A stretch of DNA of 64,000 bases from Octopus vulgaris (Eukaryota), in assembly GCA_951406725.2 (NCBI GenBank), contig OX597820.1:62000001-62064000 (forward strand), read 5' to 3'. Below, piece by piece: positions 1 through 14,608 of this stretch; within the stretch, counting starts at the first letter, position 1; every line of letters begins with the position of its first letter. A model generated the notes under the pieces. The model had not been told where the DNA came from and did not search any database. It worked only from the letters and a program-made list of their open reading frames with translations. The position numbers were made by a program, and so were the translations under genes.

Positions 1-34
<34 letters not shown>

Positions 35-704
35 CTTATGCATTTATATATATATGCATATACATGCGGGAAGCTACTTTTTCTATTATTTGTTGTAGTA
101 GTACGAGTAGTAAAAAGAGGTTGAATAATAATGACATGTTAAAGTAAAAGAAGAGGATGAGGAACAGGAGGAGAAAAAGTTAAAATGAGAAGCAGATAAG
201 AAAATTAAGAAAACGAGAAGGAAATATCAAACAATATGGCGGGAGAGAAGATAATAATGTTTTGGAGAGTAGGGGGAGATAATACATAACAGTAGACTAA
301 AGAAAGATGTTAATGATGAAGAAGTAGGGGTAGGAGGAAAAGCAGAGGAGGGGGTAGACGTGTGTAAAGAAGGAAGGGAATAAAGATTTATGATAAGGAG
401 ACGTAACAATATAAAGAAAAGAAACTAGACGAGGAAAAAATTGAGAAAATAGTAAAAAAATTTGAAACGTAAAGGTTAGGTAGATATGAAAAAAAATGGA
501 GACGTGAATTATGTGATAAATAAGACTGGAAATCCTGTTAAAGACAGATGAAGGAAAAGGAAGGAGTAATCCCAACACATCACCACTGCACTCCACCCGA
601 GAACATCCATTTGTTCACGTTCATTCATGTTCATTCATAGTATTCCTACAATGTGTTCCTATATATTTTGAATATATATATATGGCTGAAACAATAAATA
701 CCCA

Positions 705-723
705 TCCATCCATCCATCCATCC

Positions 724-812
<89 letters not shown>

Positions 813-825
813 CCTGCCTACGTAC

Positions 826-899
<74 letters not shown>

Positions 900-900
900 G
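705..900. repeat. (TCCA)n/(TCTA)n microsatellite
   Basis: Direct reading. Confidence 0.95.
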
Positions 901-952
901 TCTAGGTATTTGCGTGTGTATGTTGATGTATTAATTTATACATGTATTTATG

Positions 953-989
<37 letters not shown>

Positions 990-993
<4 letters not shown>

Positions 994-1338
994 TTAATAA
1001 GGGTGAGAGAATTAGATACTAATTTAATAGTATATTTATTCCACACCAAGTGGCCTAGTTATGGTAAAATCTGGCGTGTGATTGAGTGGATTTCATCCAG
1101 ATAGTCTTGGCTGACGAGCTACAAATGGATTTTTGTAAGTAATATTACATTTAATTCATTAATAGCGAAACAATTGTCCCAAAATAATCTGTATTTTTGT
1201 TATTTTTTATTTGCCCTGTCCGTGTGAGCTAACAGTCGTACTGGCTTTCATGGGAAACATGTATTTTCGTGGTTGAAACCTTTTGGATTAACTGGTGCTA
1301 GAGTGAGCAATATAGTGACCACTCTCTTATATTTATTT

Positions 1339-1340
<2 letters not shown>
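990..1340. mobile_element. Small (TA)n-flanked hammerhead-bearing element (Penelope-like repeat or retrozyme-like)
   Basis: About 350 bp between TA tracts. Starts AGGGTGAGAGAATT...CACCAAGT, like the elements at 16.66 kb and 24.70 kb, and contains a hammerhead. Confidence 0.55.
1107..1182 (+). ncRNA. Type I hammerhead ribozyme with an intact core
   Basis: TTGG-CTGACGA(1111-1117)-GCTA...TAGC-GAAA(1167-1170)-CAATTG-TC^CCAA. Stem I TTGG/CCAA, stem II GCTA/TAGC with a long loop, palindromic stem III, GUC cleavage triplet. Confidence 0.8.
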
Positions 1341-1396
<56 letters not shown>

Positions 1397-3064
1397 AGAT
1401 ATGTGTGCGTATGTGTGAGTGTATGTATGTGTGTGAATGCGTATGTTGCTGTGTATGCATTATAGTTATCATGCATAAATGTAGGGGTAATTTAGCACCA
1501 GGAAAAGAAGAATTAGGAAAAGGAAAAGGAACTGCCAGTAGAAAGAGGAACAAAAAGGAGAATTAGAAAATAGTAATAATAATAATAATAATAATAATGA
1601 TAATAATAATAATAATAATAATAACAACAGCAACAATAATGATGATGATGGCTATGGGGAAGAGGATGATGATGATGACGACGGTTGATGTGGATGATAA
1701 TGATGATGTTGATGATGGTGGTGATGATAAAGATGGTGATGATGCTGATGACGACGACGATGATTACGAGAGAATGAAGAGAAATTACAAATGACTAAAA
1801 AAGAATAGAAAATATTCAATATTGAAGAAAACTCTAGAAGTACGATAATGATAAGTAGAAAGAAAAATGAAAATACCGAAAAGAAGTTATACTCGAACAA
1901 GAAGATGGAGAAGGGCAACGATAAGGAGACGTTGGTGGAGGAGTAGGAAGAGAAGAAGAAAGAGAAAAAGAAGTGGAAGAAAAGAGAAACAAAGATGGAA
2001 ACTAAAAAGCGACCCCTATTTCTACCGATCTAAACCAACATACAAACACACACCGTAGAAATAAATAAATATGGAGAAACTTAGTAGGTGTGTCTGGAGG
2101 AGGAAGAATATGAAGAATGAAAACTAATGAGAAAGAATAACAATGGGAAGAAAAAGAAGAGGAGAATAATAACGGATGATGATAAAAAAAAGAAAGCTGG
2201 AAGTTGATAAAGAAGTAGAGAAAAGGAAGAAAATAAAGAAGAGGGGAAAAGACGAAGAATATTTTTTTTTAAATAGAGCAAAAGAAAGTACGGGAGAATT
2301 AAGAGAAGCTGAATGAAAGAAATTGAGAAATTATGGGAGCAAGAACGAGTGGAACGTCATGAAGAGAGGAGGTGAAGGAGAAATGAAAAATAAATAAATA
2401 AATTAAAGAAAAAAAGCAAGTTAAACAAAAGAAAACATGGTTGTTATGAGACAATGGCAGTTGGTCATTTTGTCTGGAATTTCGCATGTGGAATGCACAT
2501 AAGAATAGTAGAATTTGTCGTTAATAATCACGAACGAATAACGCCATCAACTTCTCTTCACACCCCTAAATTAAAATGGTGTATGAGGGGGTATATTGTC
2601 GACACTAAAAATTCATCTATCATTGAATAATATAAAATGCGGTTTTGTTCAATTTTTCTGATTATTTCTGCGGTTTTTCTCTTTTGTATTTGTGTTGTTT
2701 GTGCTTGAAGCTAGCTTGTGGCTGTTCGTTTGATAGTGTGCATGAATTTATCTTTACGGGTTTGTGCGTATGGGTATATAATTATATTTGTGTGAATATA
2801 ATTGTGTGCGTGTGTGTGAGTATAGATGCTTCTATATCGTTCTCGTCTGTAGAGACGCCTAAGTAATACAATATGTTGAAACCTCGCCTAAATTAAATTG
2901 CGGAATTGGAAATAAAGTAAATTGGTGTTTGTAACGAACACACAGAATGAGCGCATGCATATATATATCGTGGACGTATGCAAATCCATATATTTGCATT
3001 CTTATGTATATATGCATACACGTACAGAGTTGCATACTAACATATATGCAAGTATATATATGTA

Positions 3065-3125
<61 letters not shown>

Positions 3126-3251
3126 ATATGTGTATACACATGTGTATGTGTATATATGTGCATATATATATGTATATATGTGTGTATTTATATATGTATA
3201 TACATATGTAGATATATTTGCGTATGCATATGTGTATATGTTATATATATT

Positions 3252-3285
<34 letters not shown>

Positions 3286-3320
3286 TATATGTAGATATAT
3301 TTGCGTATGCATATGTATAT

Positions 3321-3368
<48 letters not shown>

Positions 3369-3582
3369 TATACGGACTTATATATTCATATATATATACA
3401 TACTCGTATACAAACATTCATACAGGAATACGGATACATATGTATGTATACGTATAAACAGCACGCAAACACGCACACAAACAAACAAGCGTTACATACG
3501 AAACACACCAGCAGATAAGACACATGTACAGATATATACACGTATCTACGAATATATAAGTGCCTCTGTGTATGTGTGTTTG

Positions 3583-4074
<492 letters not shown>

Positions 4075-4237
4075 TGCGTATATATTCGCGTCCATGTGTG
4101 TATGTGTGTGTATGTGTGTGTGTGTGTGTGTGTGTGCGCTTGTGTGTTATGTGAAAGGGAGAGGGAAAGAAAGAGCGGGAGACTGACTGAGTACATTTGG
4201 TTGACAAAAATCACTTCAAATAATCACTATATTCAAG

Positions 4238-4307
<70 letters not shown>

Positions 4308-4971
4308 TTACTGGACCGCTGAGCGTATTTCTGCCATCGAGCAAGCTCTGTAATAAGTTTACCAATTCGCGTTAGCAGTGAGAATCGAACAAGAGACAAC
4401 TCAGAATCTTCTACATTAAATATGCCAGTGACAGTCAAGCCACGTGATATTAAAATTCGTGAAATTTCATTGACGTTCGTCATATCCCATATTCTCCATT
4501 TTATATTCATTCACAAAGAGAGCGAAGGCAATATTTGGAACTGTAAATATAGTTATTCGTCAAAATACATTAAGAAAATGAATTCTGAAGTTGTTTGCTT
4601 CGAGAGTGCTGGAACTGTTTTTTTGACCCGACTACACTCACCCAACACAAGCACATACATATGCACACGCACTCATACACACATATACACTCACACATAT
4701 ATACATGCATACATACACAGTTTTAAAACATTAGTTTTATCAAGCGCTGTCCTAGCTACTTCGGGGTTCATTTTCTTAATGTATTTTGAACGAATAACTA
4801 TATTTACAGTTCCAAATATTGCTTTTACACTGTTTTTCAATGTACTCTTATAAGTTAACTGCCATTGAATATGGTCGAGACGAACATCTATAAAGTTTTA
4901 ACAAATCTTAATATCTCGTGACTTGAATATTACTTGTATATTTATTCTGGATAAATTCACGTCCAGCGTAA
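4308..4971. repeat. Inverted repeat pair or MITE-like element
   Basis: Core arms 4528-4591 and 4758-4822 are near-perfect reverse complements; weaker similarity extends outwards about 150-200 bp. Confidence 0.7.
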
Positions 4972-5399
4972 TTCACTTCCGGCTGTTGTGCAATTAGTTG
5001 AACTGTTTACAGGGCCAGTCTAATCGTAGAAATAAACTTTTCTGTTCTGTGATATTCACATTCATTTATATATATTTATGCATCGAACTGTATTTTGATC
5101 AGTTAGAAAACGCACACACACACTCACACATACACACACAAACACATCCTTGGCTTCACAAGTACAAAGGCGGACAGGAATATATAGCAGAAATCAACTC
5201 AATAATGAATATGACCATTGTTTTTTAAGGAGTTACAAAGGGAAGATTAGTTTTGTCTTTATCTGATTTAATATTCTGCAGCTTTTGACATCATCTATCA
5301 CATAAACATCATCTCTCAGTTAAATACAATGGCGTTTTTGTATTGTGTACAGATATTTCTCTTGAAGTGTCTTTTCACATGACTAGATAGACAATCCCG

Positions 5400-5990
5400 C
5401 CCACTATTCCCGGGAAGATCTCGGGGGTTGAGTCGTCTGGCACCTCCTCCATAGGGTCCTATGAGAATCAGTCGTCATGACAATTTCTGGCTGAATTCCT
5501 CAATCATGACAAACTGAGACTATGATTATTACTCAATTATCTCGTTCTTGGTCTACCCCAAGGTACCCTGGCGTTTGGCTCGGATCGAAGAATCCGTCTT
5601 GTGATTCTTTCCTGCGACAATTCAGTCACATGTTCGTATGTAGAAGCTGCAAACACACGATGTCAAGAAGCAGCGGCTCCACCAGCAGAGACTCCCTGAT
5701 CTCCGAGCTACGTACCGTGTCGAATGAGGTTACATTGGAGATCTTTCGGAAGGACTCCATTTCGACAGCCTTGTTCGCGATCGTAATCCTTTCCTCGTTA
5801 TCCAACATTTATGACCGTAGGTGAGGAAAGGTACGAAAACCAAATTGAAAATAGAAAACTTGGCTTTGTTGTCCGCCTCTCCTCTTCTGAGGATCGAATG
5901 CCGAAGCTGTTGCATTACAGTGCAAGCATTTGCAACTCTAGCACCCTATTCAGCATCGTAAGTACAGCTTCGAGATACTTAAACTTCCCT
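5400..5990 (-). mobile_element. RTE-clade LINE 3' fragment, degraded
   Basis: KFSIFNLVFVPFLTYGHKCW and EMESFRKISNVTSFDTVRSSEIRESLLVEPLLL resemble the RTE post-RT region. Confidence 0.75.
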
Positions 5991-6169
5991 TCAGTGATGT
6001 TCTTGTAACACGATTCTCTGATATATGTTCTTTCAGCTGGCGAAGATTTATTGTTTGCTTTCTCTGGTTTGTGTACCCTCAAGTGGTCAATATGTCTTAA
6101 ATGAAATCAAAATGAATTATTAAAATATCTATGATTTCCTTTCGATGCGTCTCGTTTGAATTTTTTGTG

Positions 6170-6760
6170 TTTGTTGCGGTTCTTTTCAAAGTACATGAAG
6201 ACATTAAAAATATTATTTCTCTATAATGCGCCATCAATTGCGTACATTTCTCCACTTTCAGATAATACAGTTCTTGTATTATAATATAATTTTCTAAGAG
6301 GTATTTTCCCCGAATATAGTTTTTTATAAAATAGACGTTTCGGTATTCTTTCATTTTTCATACGAACTACATGGCTTGCCCACCTTAGTCTGTTACATAA
6401 CAAGTGAATCTCTATACCTTCAGAATCTACTTACAAAAGGCCTCAGAATAACTCACATAGTCTCTCCAAGATAGATGCAGTATTTGTTGACAACACTATT
6501 TGCTGAGAACTGTTTACGGGATTATGAATATAACATCCATATTTTGCAATCATAGAGAAAAGCAGATATTATGTATGCTTTGAAAATAGATATTTTAATG
6601 TAAACTTACTTTTATCTACCGCTGGAACCATAGAGGAGACTGCAATTTTGTAAAAGATATCTGCCTTCTATTTGCAATTTCGTCTGTAAGGTTTACAACC
6701 CTGTTAAACGCGCTGTCGAGATATTTGAAGGCAGATATGAATTTCAATATTTTACATTAT
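6170..6760 (-). mobile_element. RTE-clade LINE fragment, degraded
   Basis: RLRWASHVVRMKNERIPKRLFY is a typical RTE C-terminal motif. Confidence 0.7.
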
Positions 6761-7014
6761 ACCGTTAGTTTAGGATCCATCTGAAACTTTCCAAGTCGAG
6801 GCTCATAAAGAATAACAGTTTTAAGGTTTATTGTGAGGTTTAACAAGTTGCGTGCGAATGAAGTTTTATTCGTAAGACTTTAAAGATATTATTCATTGTA
6901 TGCGACAATAGTCATCAGCGTACAAGAGATATCAGATCGAATATTCATCCCTTCCTCCCTCTCTCCTTCCCTCCTTCCCTCTTTCCCCCCTCTATATGTA
7001 TGTATGTATGTTTT

Positions 7015-7045
<31 letters not shown>

Positions 7046-7457
7046 TGACCTTGTCCCAAATTTTGGTATTGAAAGTTACCCCAACAGCAGAACGCGGCGC
7101 CACTGCATGGTGCCAAAGATCCCAACATCACCATCATAATACAGGACCAGTTACTGCAACAGCTTCGGTTTCAGGGGACCACAGCTCTTTAATAACCTTC
7201 CTAAATGCCTGAGAGACCTGCATGGTGTGGATGTGGGTTTCTTTAAAACTAAACTGGATCTCTTCTTGTCAGGGGTTCCACATGAACCTACCTCTCGGCA
7301 GGAAACACAGATGCGGGCAGCTGCGTCGAACTCAGTTGTTGACCAAGTGCCACGTATCAGAAGTGGTTTCACATACTAGTGTAGCTCATTCAACGGTGGT
7401 GTCCCAGCATGGCCGCAGCTTTTGGGCTGAAACGTTTTTAAGGATTTAGGGATTTAT
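7046..7457 (+). mobile_element. CR1/L2-like LINE 3' end
   Basis: Manual translation gives NSFGFRGPQLFNNLPKCLRDLHGVDVGFFKTKLDLFLSGVPHEP. A short 3'UTR contains CCAGCATGGCCGCAG...CTGAAAC. Confidence 0.75.
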
Positions 7458-8877
7458 ACATACATACACACGATTAGAGTTCTTATTCTGGTCAACCTGT
7501 TAGTCAGAAGAGCGTGTGTAAAGTCTCACTTCATTAACATTTTTCAAATCGTGACATAATGCACCTAATGTAACAAGGATTCCATTATTTGATGTTCACT
7601 CAGTTTTGAGGCGGTTATACTCCGTTTTTGTGTTTAGATTTTAAACACAGCATAATAATGTTTTCGTCTACTAATTGCGTGCATCATCTCAAGTCTTAAG
7701 TTTTTTTGTACTATTTCTCAACGTTACATATGTCAGATTTCACTGTACAATATACCTCGGATTACATTATCCAATGTCTTCTTATTTTTGAGACGTTAGG
7801 ATTGTGGCTCTTATTTCCAGTAAGCCGAGCGATATCGGAGAAGCACTATTTTTTATTGCCTCTTTTCATTCTTTTGTATTATATTCACTCTTCCTATCCG
7901 CAATATGGCGTAGTCGTTTCTGCTGTGCTATTTTCTTTATATTGTAAATGTGCAGGTGTTTGCGTGTGAAGAATTCTGTAATGCTATTTTCATTGGTTTG
8001 TGGGAGTTATGCTTTCTTTTTTCTATGTGGTCGGTTATTTTGCTTTCTTTTCAGTGTGTTATCTTTTCCTGTGTTTTGTATATTTCTGTTCCTGGGATCT
8101 TATTGTTTCTTGTTTATTATGAATCTGCATTTCATTCGACAATGTGTTTCAGTTTAGTTCTTTTATATTTCCGTTTATTTCTTCGCCAGATCTCGTATTT
8201 CTCTTTTATGGTGCTAGCGCGTGTTGCTTATAGTATGGCTGTCTAATATAAGTGTAACACTTCTAGGCATTATTCTTTGGGTCATTTTTTTTCCTTCTTG
8301 CTTTCGTTTTAGTTTGATGGACGCTAGCAATAGGAAGCGAGTATGTTTGTTATGAATTGACCTTTTGAGAGGACAATACAGCTGATGTTCAAGTTAAACA
8401 TGCTTTGTAGCGTTATTACATTAAACTTACACTCATAAATCCTGGCTCAGCAACCACTGTTTTGTTGATGATAAAATTGTTGGTCATGATTGCTGTATTG
8501 ATTAGCGTTGATTTTGTTATACGGCGATGCCTTTTCATTGGTTTCTGCTTCCTGTTATTACTTGTCTCTTGTGATCATACCTTATTATTTTGTATAGCGA
8601 ATAGAATAATTTATGCGCATAATCAACTCAATGAATACGTAAATTAATTGTTATATGTAAATACTGAAATTCCGCTTGATTTGAATTCCTCTTTTCAGTT
8701 ACGTTGCTGGATTGCTATCTCTTGCCTTACGGAGATTTATGCTTCATCATCAATTGTTAACATTCAACTAGGAGCTCTTGTTTCCTATGTATACAAACAC
8801 ACACGCGCACAAATTTATATATAAAGATATGTATATGTCTAAGCATATGTACATATATGTATGGATGCATGGACTAA

Positions 8878-8919
<42 letters not shown>

Positions 8920-9134
8920 GTGTGTGTGTACGTGTAGATGTGTGTAGTTTGAATTCCTTTTATTTCCATTCAACTCTGGTTCTTGCATTCATTCAACATC
9001 TTCAGAGAATCAGGAAAAAGTCCTCGTGATATTTGTTCCACATCCTTAAGCAATGCGTTCAAATTCCGTCTATGTTAACTTTGCTTCTCATTTTTCCAGA
9101 GTCAATAAAGTTTTCCCTACCAAAAATGCTCTAC

Positions 9135-10100
9135 AGTATGCTCTTCATAATGCCAACGTAGAACTTCCGTTTGCATTTCCCGATTGGTAGAGGGTCGTGA
9201 GCGTTTGGCGACATTTCAAATACCAAGCATCGCCCTTCGCATGAGTCGTGAAAAACCACATCTGACAGAAGTAGACTAAACCTTACCTCTGGTAAAGAAT
9301 TGTGGGGATACCGCGGCCTCAGCGTATATTTGTGCGTCATCAGCTACGAAATTCTCTGTCATTTACTCAAATGAGTGAGTGACTGGCAACAAATGGAGCG
9401 CCTAAACAGTGTTATAGTCCCGTCTCCAAAAGGGGAAGAGCAGATATCTCAGTCTGTTACTCTATGAACTAGGACAAAGTACGAAAGGCAATCGGTGATA
9501 GATGACGAATGCGACGTAGATGTTTTCCTTCTCTGTCTAACCGTTCATCAAGAATCGCTTTCTATCGTATCATTTCTGGATCACACTGAAGACCTTGTTC
9601 GTTGATTTGTCTCAGTTCTTCACCTGATTATCAGGTGCACAATAGGCTCCGAGAACTATAACCCTGGTATGACCGTCTCGTGCCTCACTGATGGACGGCA
9701 CGGACCCATCTCCTCACCAGGTGCGGAGCTGTAAGCCTACTGACTTTACTTTGGTTGATTTGGGCTCCTGTCACTGTCTCATCATACTCTCCTAAAGCCC
9801 TGATGTTGAGCTCAGTGTGCATCGTGTTTGACACTATTTGACGGTGACCTCGTCAGAATATACCGACACGGATCTCTACATCTTTACTCGCGTGGGAACC
9901 AACTCAATGCCACTAATTTCCGCAATAGTAGCTCAAGGGCACGTACACACAGAAGAGATGAGAGGAGGAAGCAAGAGAGAATGACCGCCCGATGCTGAAT
10001 GGTTCCTATAGGTGAATGTTCACCTTAACTACCGTGTAGATATCACTGTACATTGCGACTATCCAACCGAAAGCAGAAGCCAGTATTAATCGATCTTGAA
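9135..10100 (-). mobile_element. Old, degraded Tx1-like LINE RT region
   Basis: Manual minus-strand translation gives LELLLRKL...VSVYSDEVT...TVTGAQIN...RRSICCQ...LMTHKYTLRPRY...KFYVGIM. This is colinear with LEPLLRKL...VSAYADDVT...AVTGAKIN...RRSICCQ...AFYRGLV of the young copy, with many stops and frameshifts. Confidence 0.75.
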
Positions 10101-11170
10101 CGTGACTATTATTGTCACACACACATACATGTACTATGTAACTTTGTGCATATATATATATATATATATATACAGGCGTTATGGCAGTAGTGCATTGACA
10201 GGTCTGTGATGAGCCAGCTTGGTTTGACTCCTTGTTCGATCTTCAGTTTAAACTCTACCTTGACCGATAGAAGAGATATATCTCCACTCATGAACAAAGA
10301 TAAATATTTGTTATTTTGATGACAGAAGGAAACGTTTTAAATTCTTAGCAAAGCAAGCCTACATAAATTTTCTCCCTCTTCCCCCACTTCTCTTCTGTCT
10401 CTGACCCTCTACTGGATGGATGTAGTTTACTTTCTTTCGCTTGTGAAGAAGTGTATTTACATCTGTAGGCTTTTGTCGTTGTTCTGTTGTTGTCTTTCGC
10501 ACGTAAAAAGTGTCAAGTTAGTTTCTTTTTTTGCTTTTACGTTTTGAATATTTACATCATGTTGTGAAATTACATTTGTTTCTTATTTATTTTTTATTTT
10601 CTCTTACTGTTTTATCCAGTTAACTTTCTGGCTAGGCATTGTCTTCCTGTTAGCAGCAATCCATCATAGCTAAACGTAGTCACAACTAAATTATGTTCCA
10701 AATGTCCAAAAGTGTTTCTCAGCGGTATAGAAGAGACGTTCATATTGTTTCAAAATGGTTCGCCGAAGAAAATATTAAAATAATAAGAAAAAAAATTGTT
10801 ACGCTTAGCAAAATCCTTGTTTTGAGGGGTTAGAGGATGCATGATATTCCTGGCAAACGTAAGTGTGATAGTAGTAGTTGTTGTTGTAATAGCATCAGGA
10901 GCAGCAGTAGTAGTAATAATAACCATAGTAGTAGTAGTAGTAGTAGTAGTAGTGGCTCGTTCATTCCGAATGGGCATCAATGAGGGAAGGCATTTGAAGG
11001 AAAGTCTACAATTTGCATGTGTGTCTGTTGGGGTGGGCGTTGAATAAAGGGAAGAAATGGAGCATAGGGGGAATGAGATAAGAAGTATACAGCGTACAAA
11101 ATATGGGGACGCATGGAAGATGCACTCCGACTGATACATTAGAGCTTCCAGCTAGGGCTGATCAAGGAAC

Positions 11171-11842
11171 TTCAGCTTGGAGTGGTCATTCTTCTTTGCT
11201 TCTATTTGTTTTTCATCTCACCTTGACAAAACCTTCTTTTAACGGGTGTTTTGCATAGGTTTCGTCTTCGATAAGATCTCGGATTCGGAGAAAATTTAGT
11301 TAAAAAGGTCCGCATTTGTATATGTATTTGTATACTCTGTGGAACGGAACTGCTGTAAAGTTTTTTTTATTGTTGGTGGCTGGAGGTTCTGTTATTGTTG
11401 TTGTTTTGAAGGTTCAATTGTTATTGTTGGTGCTACTTCAACTGTTGTTGATGCTATTGTTGTTGGTAGTGTTTTTACTACTGTTGATTTTGCTGGAGTC
11501 ACAGCTACGTAATTTTTGTGGCTATTGTTGTCATAGTTGTGTTTCTTAAGTCTGCAGCATTGCAAGCTTTCCTGCTTGTCTCTCTACTGCAATCAGGAAA
11601 CCTAAGGGTTTTAAGGGTTTCCTGATTGCAGTAGAGCCACCAACAATAAAAGCTTCACAGCAATTCCGTTCCAAGGAATATAGAAATATATATACAAATG
11701 CGGACTTCTTTACCTCAATTTTCTCCGAATCCGAGATCTTATCGAAGACGAAACCGATGCAAAACAGCCGTTAAAAGAGGGTTTTCTCAAGGTGAAATGA
11801 AAAACAAATAGAAGCAAGGAAGAATGACCACTACAAGTTGAA
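11171..11842. repeat. Long imperfect inverted repeat (about 210-bp arms) with an internal perfect 21-bp hairpin
   Basis: Arms 11171-11381 and 11635-11842. Hairpin CTCTACTGCAATCAGGAAACC (11582-11602) / GGTTTCCTGATTGCAGTAGAG (11616-11636). Confidence 0.85.
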
Positions 11843-12485
11843 ATCCAATTGTCCAACGGAACGGTGGAGATACCATCAAATAGTCGCACACCACAACCAA
11901 CAACATTATAACCACCATCTCAGCAACAATAATTACAAAACTCGAAACCTTACCACTTATAAGGCACTTGTAACGTCTTTCTTTAACAATTGAAAACATT
12001 CAGGTCTGAAACATTTTTCAGGATTAGAAGTCCTACCCCTCTCCCCAGTTGGTCTTAGAGAAGTAGTTTTTTAACTGTAAGATTTTCGTGTGTTCTTCGT
12101 GGTTACACAAAATTCTTTGGCCACAGACACCATATCTATGATTCGGACGCATACACCTTGTTCAACCATGTCAATTTCCAGTTCATGTATTTTGCATTAA
12201 TAATGAAACTATCACGCCTTGCTGGGTAGTGAAGTGGCTCTTCACGTTGCGCGCAGAGATTGTTCTCTATCGGCGAAAGCGAGTGAACAAATCACTTAGT
12301 TTCCAAATGGATATGAAAAACATTTGTACCCGAAAATGTGTGGATTTCGATATCTGTATATACTAGGAAATCGCGGTGGGCATTTATAGAACAAGAGGAA
12401 GAAAAGAAGGGATTAAAAGGATGTGGAGGAGAATGAGGACGAAAAAGTAATGAAGACAAAGAAGAGAAATAGTAATAATAATAGC

Positions 12486-12517
<32 letters not shown>

Positions 12518-12538
12518 TAACAACAACAACAACAACAA

Positions 12539-12924
12539 ATCCCTCCTAGTATAGGCACGAGGCGCGATATTTTGGGGGAGGGGTATAGTTGATTACATCG
12601 ACCCAGTACTTAACTGAAACTTATTTCATCAACCCCGAAAAGTCGACCTCGGTAGTATTTGAACTCAAAATGTAAACCAAGAAGAAATACCTATTTCTTT
12701 ACTACCCATAAGGAGCTAAACACAGAGGAGACAAAAAAGGATAGACAAACGGATTAAGTCGATTACATCGACCCCAGTGCGTAACTTGTACTTAATTTAT
12801 CGACCCCGAAAGGATGAAAGGCAAAGTCGACCTCGGCGGAATTTGAACTCAGAGCATAACGGCAGACGAAATACGGCTACGCATTTCGCCCGGCGTGCTA
12901 ACGTTTCTGTCAGCTCGCCGCCTT
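12539..12924 (-). mobile_element. SINE family B dimer (Tx1-tailed unit joined to a TAA-tailed unit)
   Basis: Head reverse complement AAGGCGGCGAGCTGACAGAAACGTTAGCACGCCGGGCG with a B-box-like GAGTTCAAATT. Junction at 12691/12692; flanked by (TAA)n. Confidence 0.85.
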
Positions 12925-12925
12925 A

Positions 12926-12973
<48 letters not shown>

Positions 12974-13043
12974 GAGGTAAGTTGAAGAAGAAGACGAGGG
13001 GAAGAGAAGAAGCAGAAGGGTACAAAAGAAAATACAAATATGT

Positions 13044-13076
<33 letters not shown>

Positions 13077-13651
13077 GAAGAAAGTTTAAAAGAAGAAAAG
13101 GAATTTGCAGAGTGCAAGAAATAAGACTAAAAAGAAAAGAAACGAAAAGCGAATCAATCGTCGAAAGTAGACACAAGAAAATGTGAGAGAAAAATGAGGA
13201 AAAAGTTACTGTCAGCAACTTTTTAACTATACTTTTAGAGATTTTCAGGGAGCAAAATATTCCATCTATTTAGTTTACATCAGCAGTATAATCTGACTGC
13301 CATTATTAGCCTCGTTGCATAAACCGTCGGCGCTATCATCGCCGTACGCTGCCACCGACACCACCAGAAACCACCACCATCACCACCACCATCACCGGAC
13401 ACCGTTTCTATTTTCAGTGTTCTACATCAACATGATCATCAGTCATCACCACTACTACCACCACCACCACCACCACCACCACCCACCACCACCACCACCA
13501 CCACCACCACCACTACAACCACCACCATCACCACCACCGTCACCATCGTCATCATGAGCATTTAACATTAAAGCAAATTAGAGAAGAAAAGTGGCTTGGT
13601 AAATCTTTTTGACACGTACAATACTAAAGTATGTTAGCGTTTGTTAGAGGA

Positions 13652-13697
<46 letters not shown>

Positions 13698-13853
13698 TTA
13701 ATATATATGTGTGTGTGTTTATGTATGTGTATATGCCTGGATGTGTGCGTGTGTGTGTATATATATGTATGTATGAATATATATATGTATGTAGGCATAT
13801 ACATATATATATATATGCGCACATTCAGGCATACACACACATACATACATACA

Positions 13854-13917
<64 letters not shown>

Positions 13918-14421
13918 TATGTTATGTATGTATACATATATACATCCATGTATGTGTATGTACATATGAGAATATATTATATATATCACACAAACATAAA
14001 CACACTCTATTTCTCTCTCTCTCTCTCTCATTCTCTCATTCTCTAACACACAGACACATACACACATATACTTACACACACGCACAGAAAAGAAAAACAA
14101 CAACAACAAACCAGCAGAAAAAGAAAGAGTTAAAGGATGAGAAAACATAAAAATAAAGAAGAGCTGTTGGCAATGTTTTACCATTAATTGAATGGCATAC
14201 CTTCTATTAAAGAAATCACATCTAAAATATCTTGTTGACAGACAGTTTGTACCGAAATTCTTTCGCAATCACACCATTTTCACAAACCATTTCTTTGCAC
14301 TGAAACAACGACGTCTTACGTTCCAATGCACTACATTTTATCTTTTGTATTTTTGCCTTATTTTTTCCTTCTTATTTCTTCGGCGTTTTCTATTTCACTC
14401 TGTTTCTATTCCTCTTTGCAT

Positions 14422-14459
<38 letters not shown>

Positions 14460-14524
14460 TTGTGCGTGCGTGTATATGCGTCTATATACACATGTATCTA
14501 CATTTCTCTCTCTCTCTTAATTCC

Positions 14525-14608
<84 letters not shown>

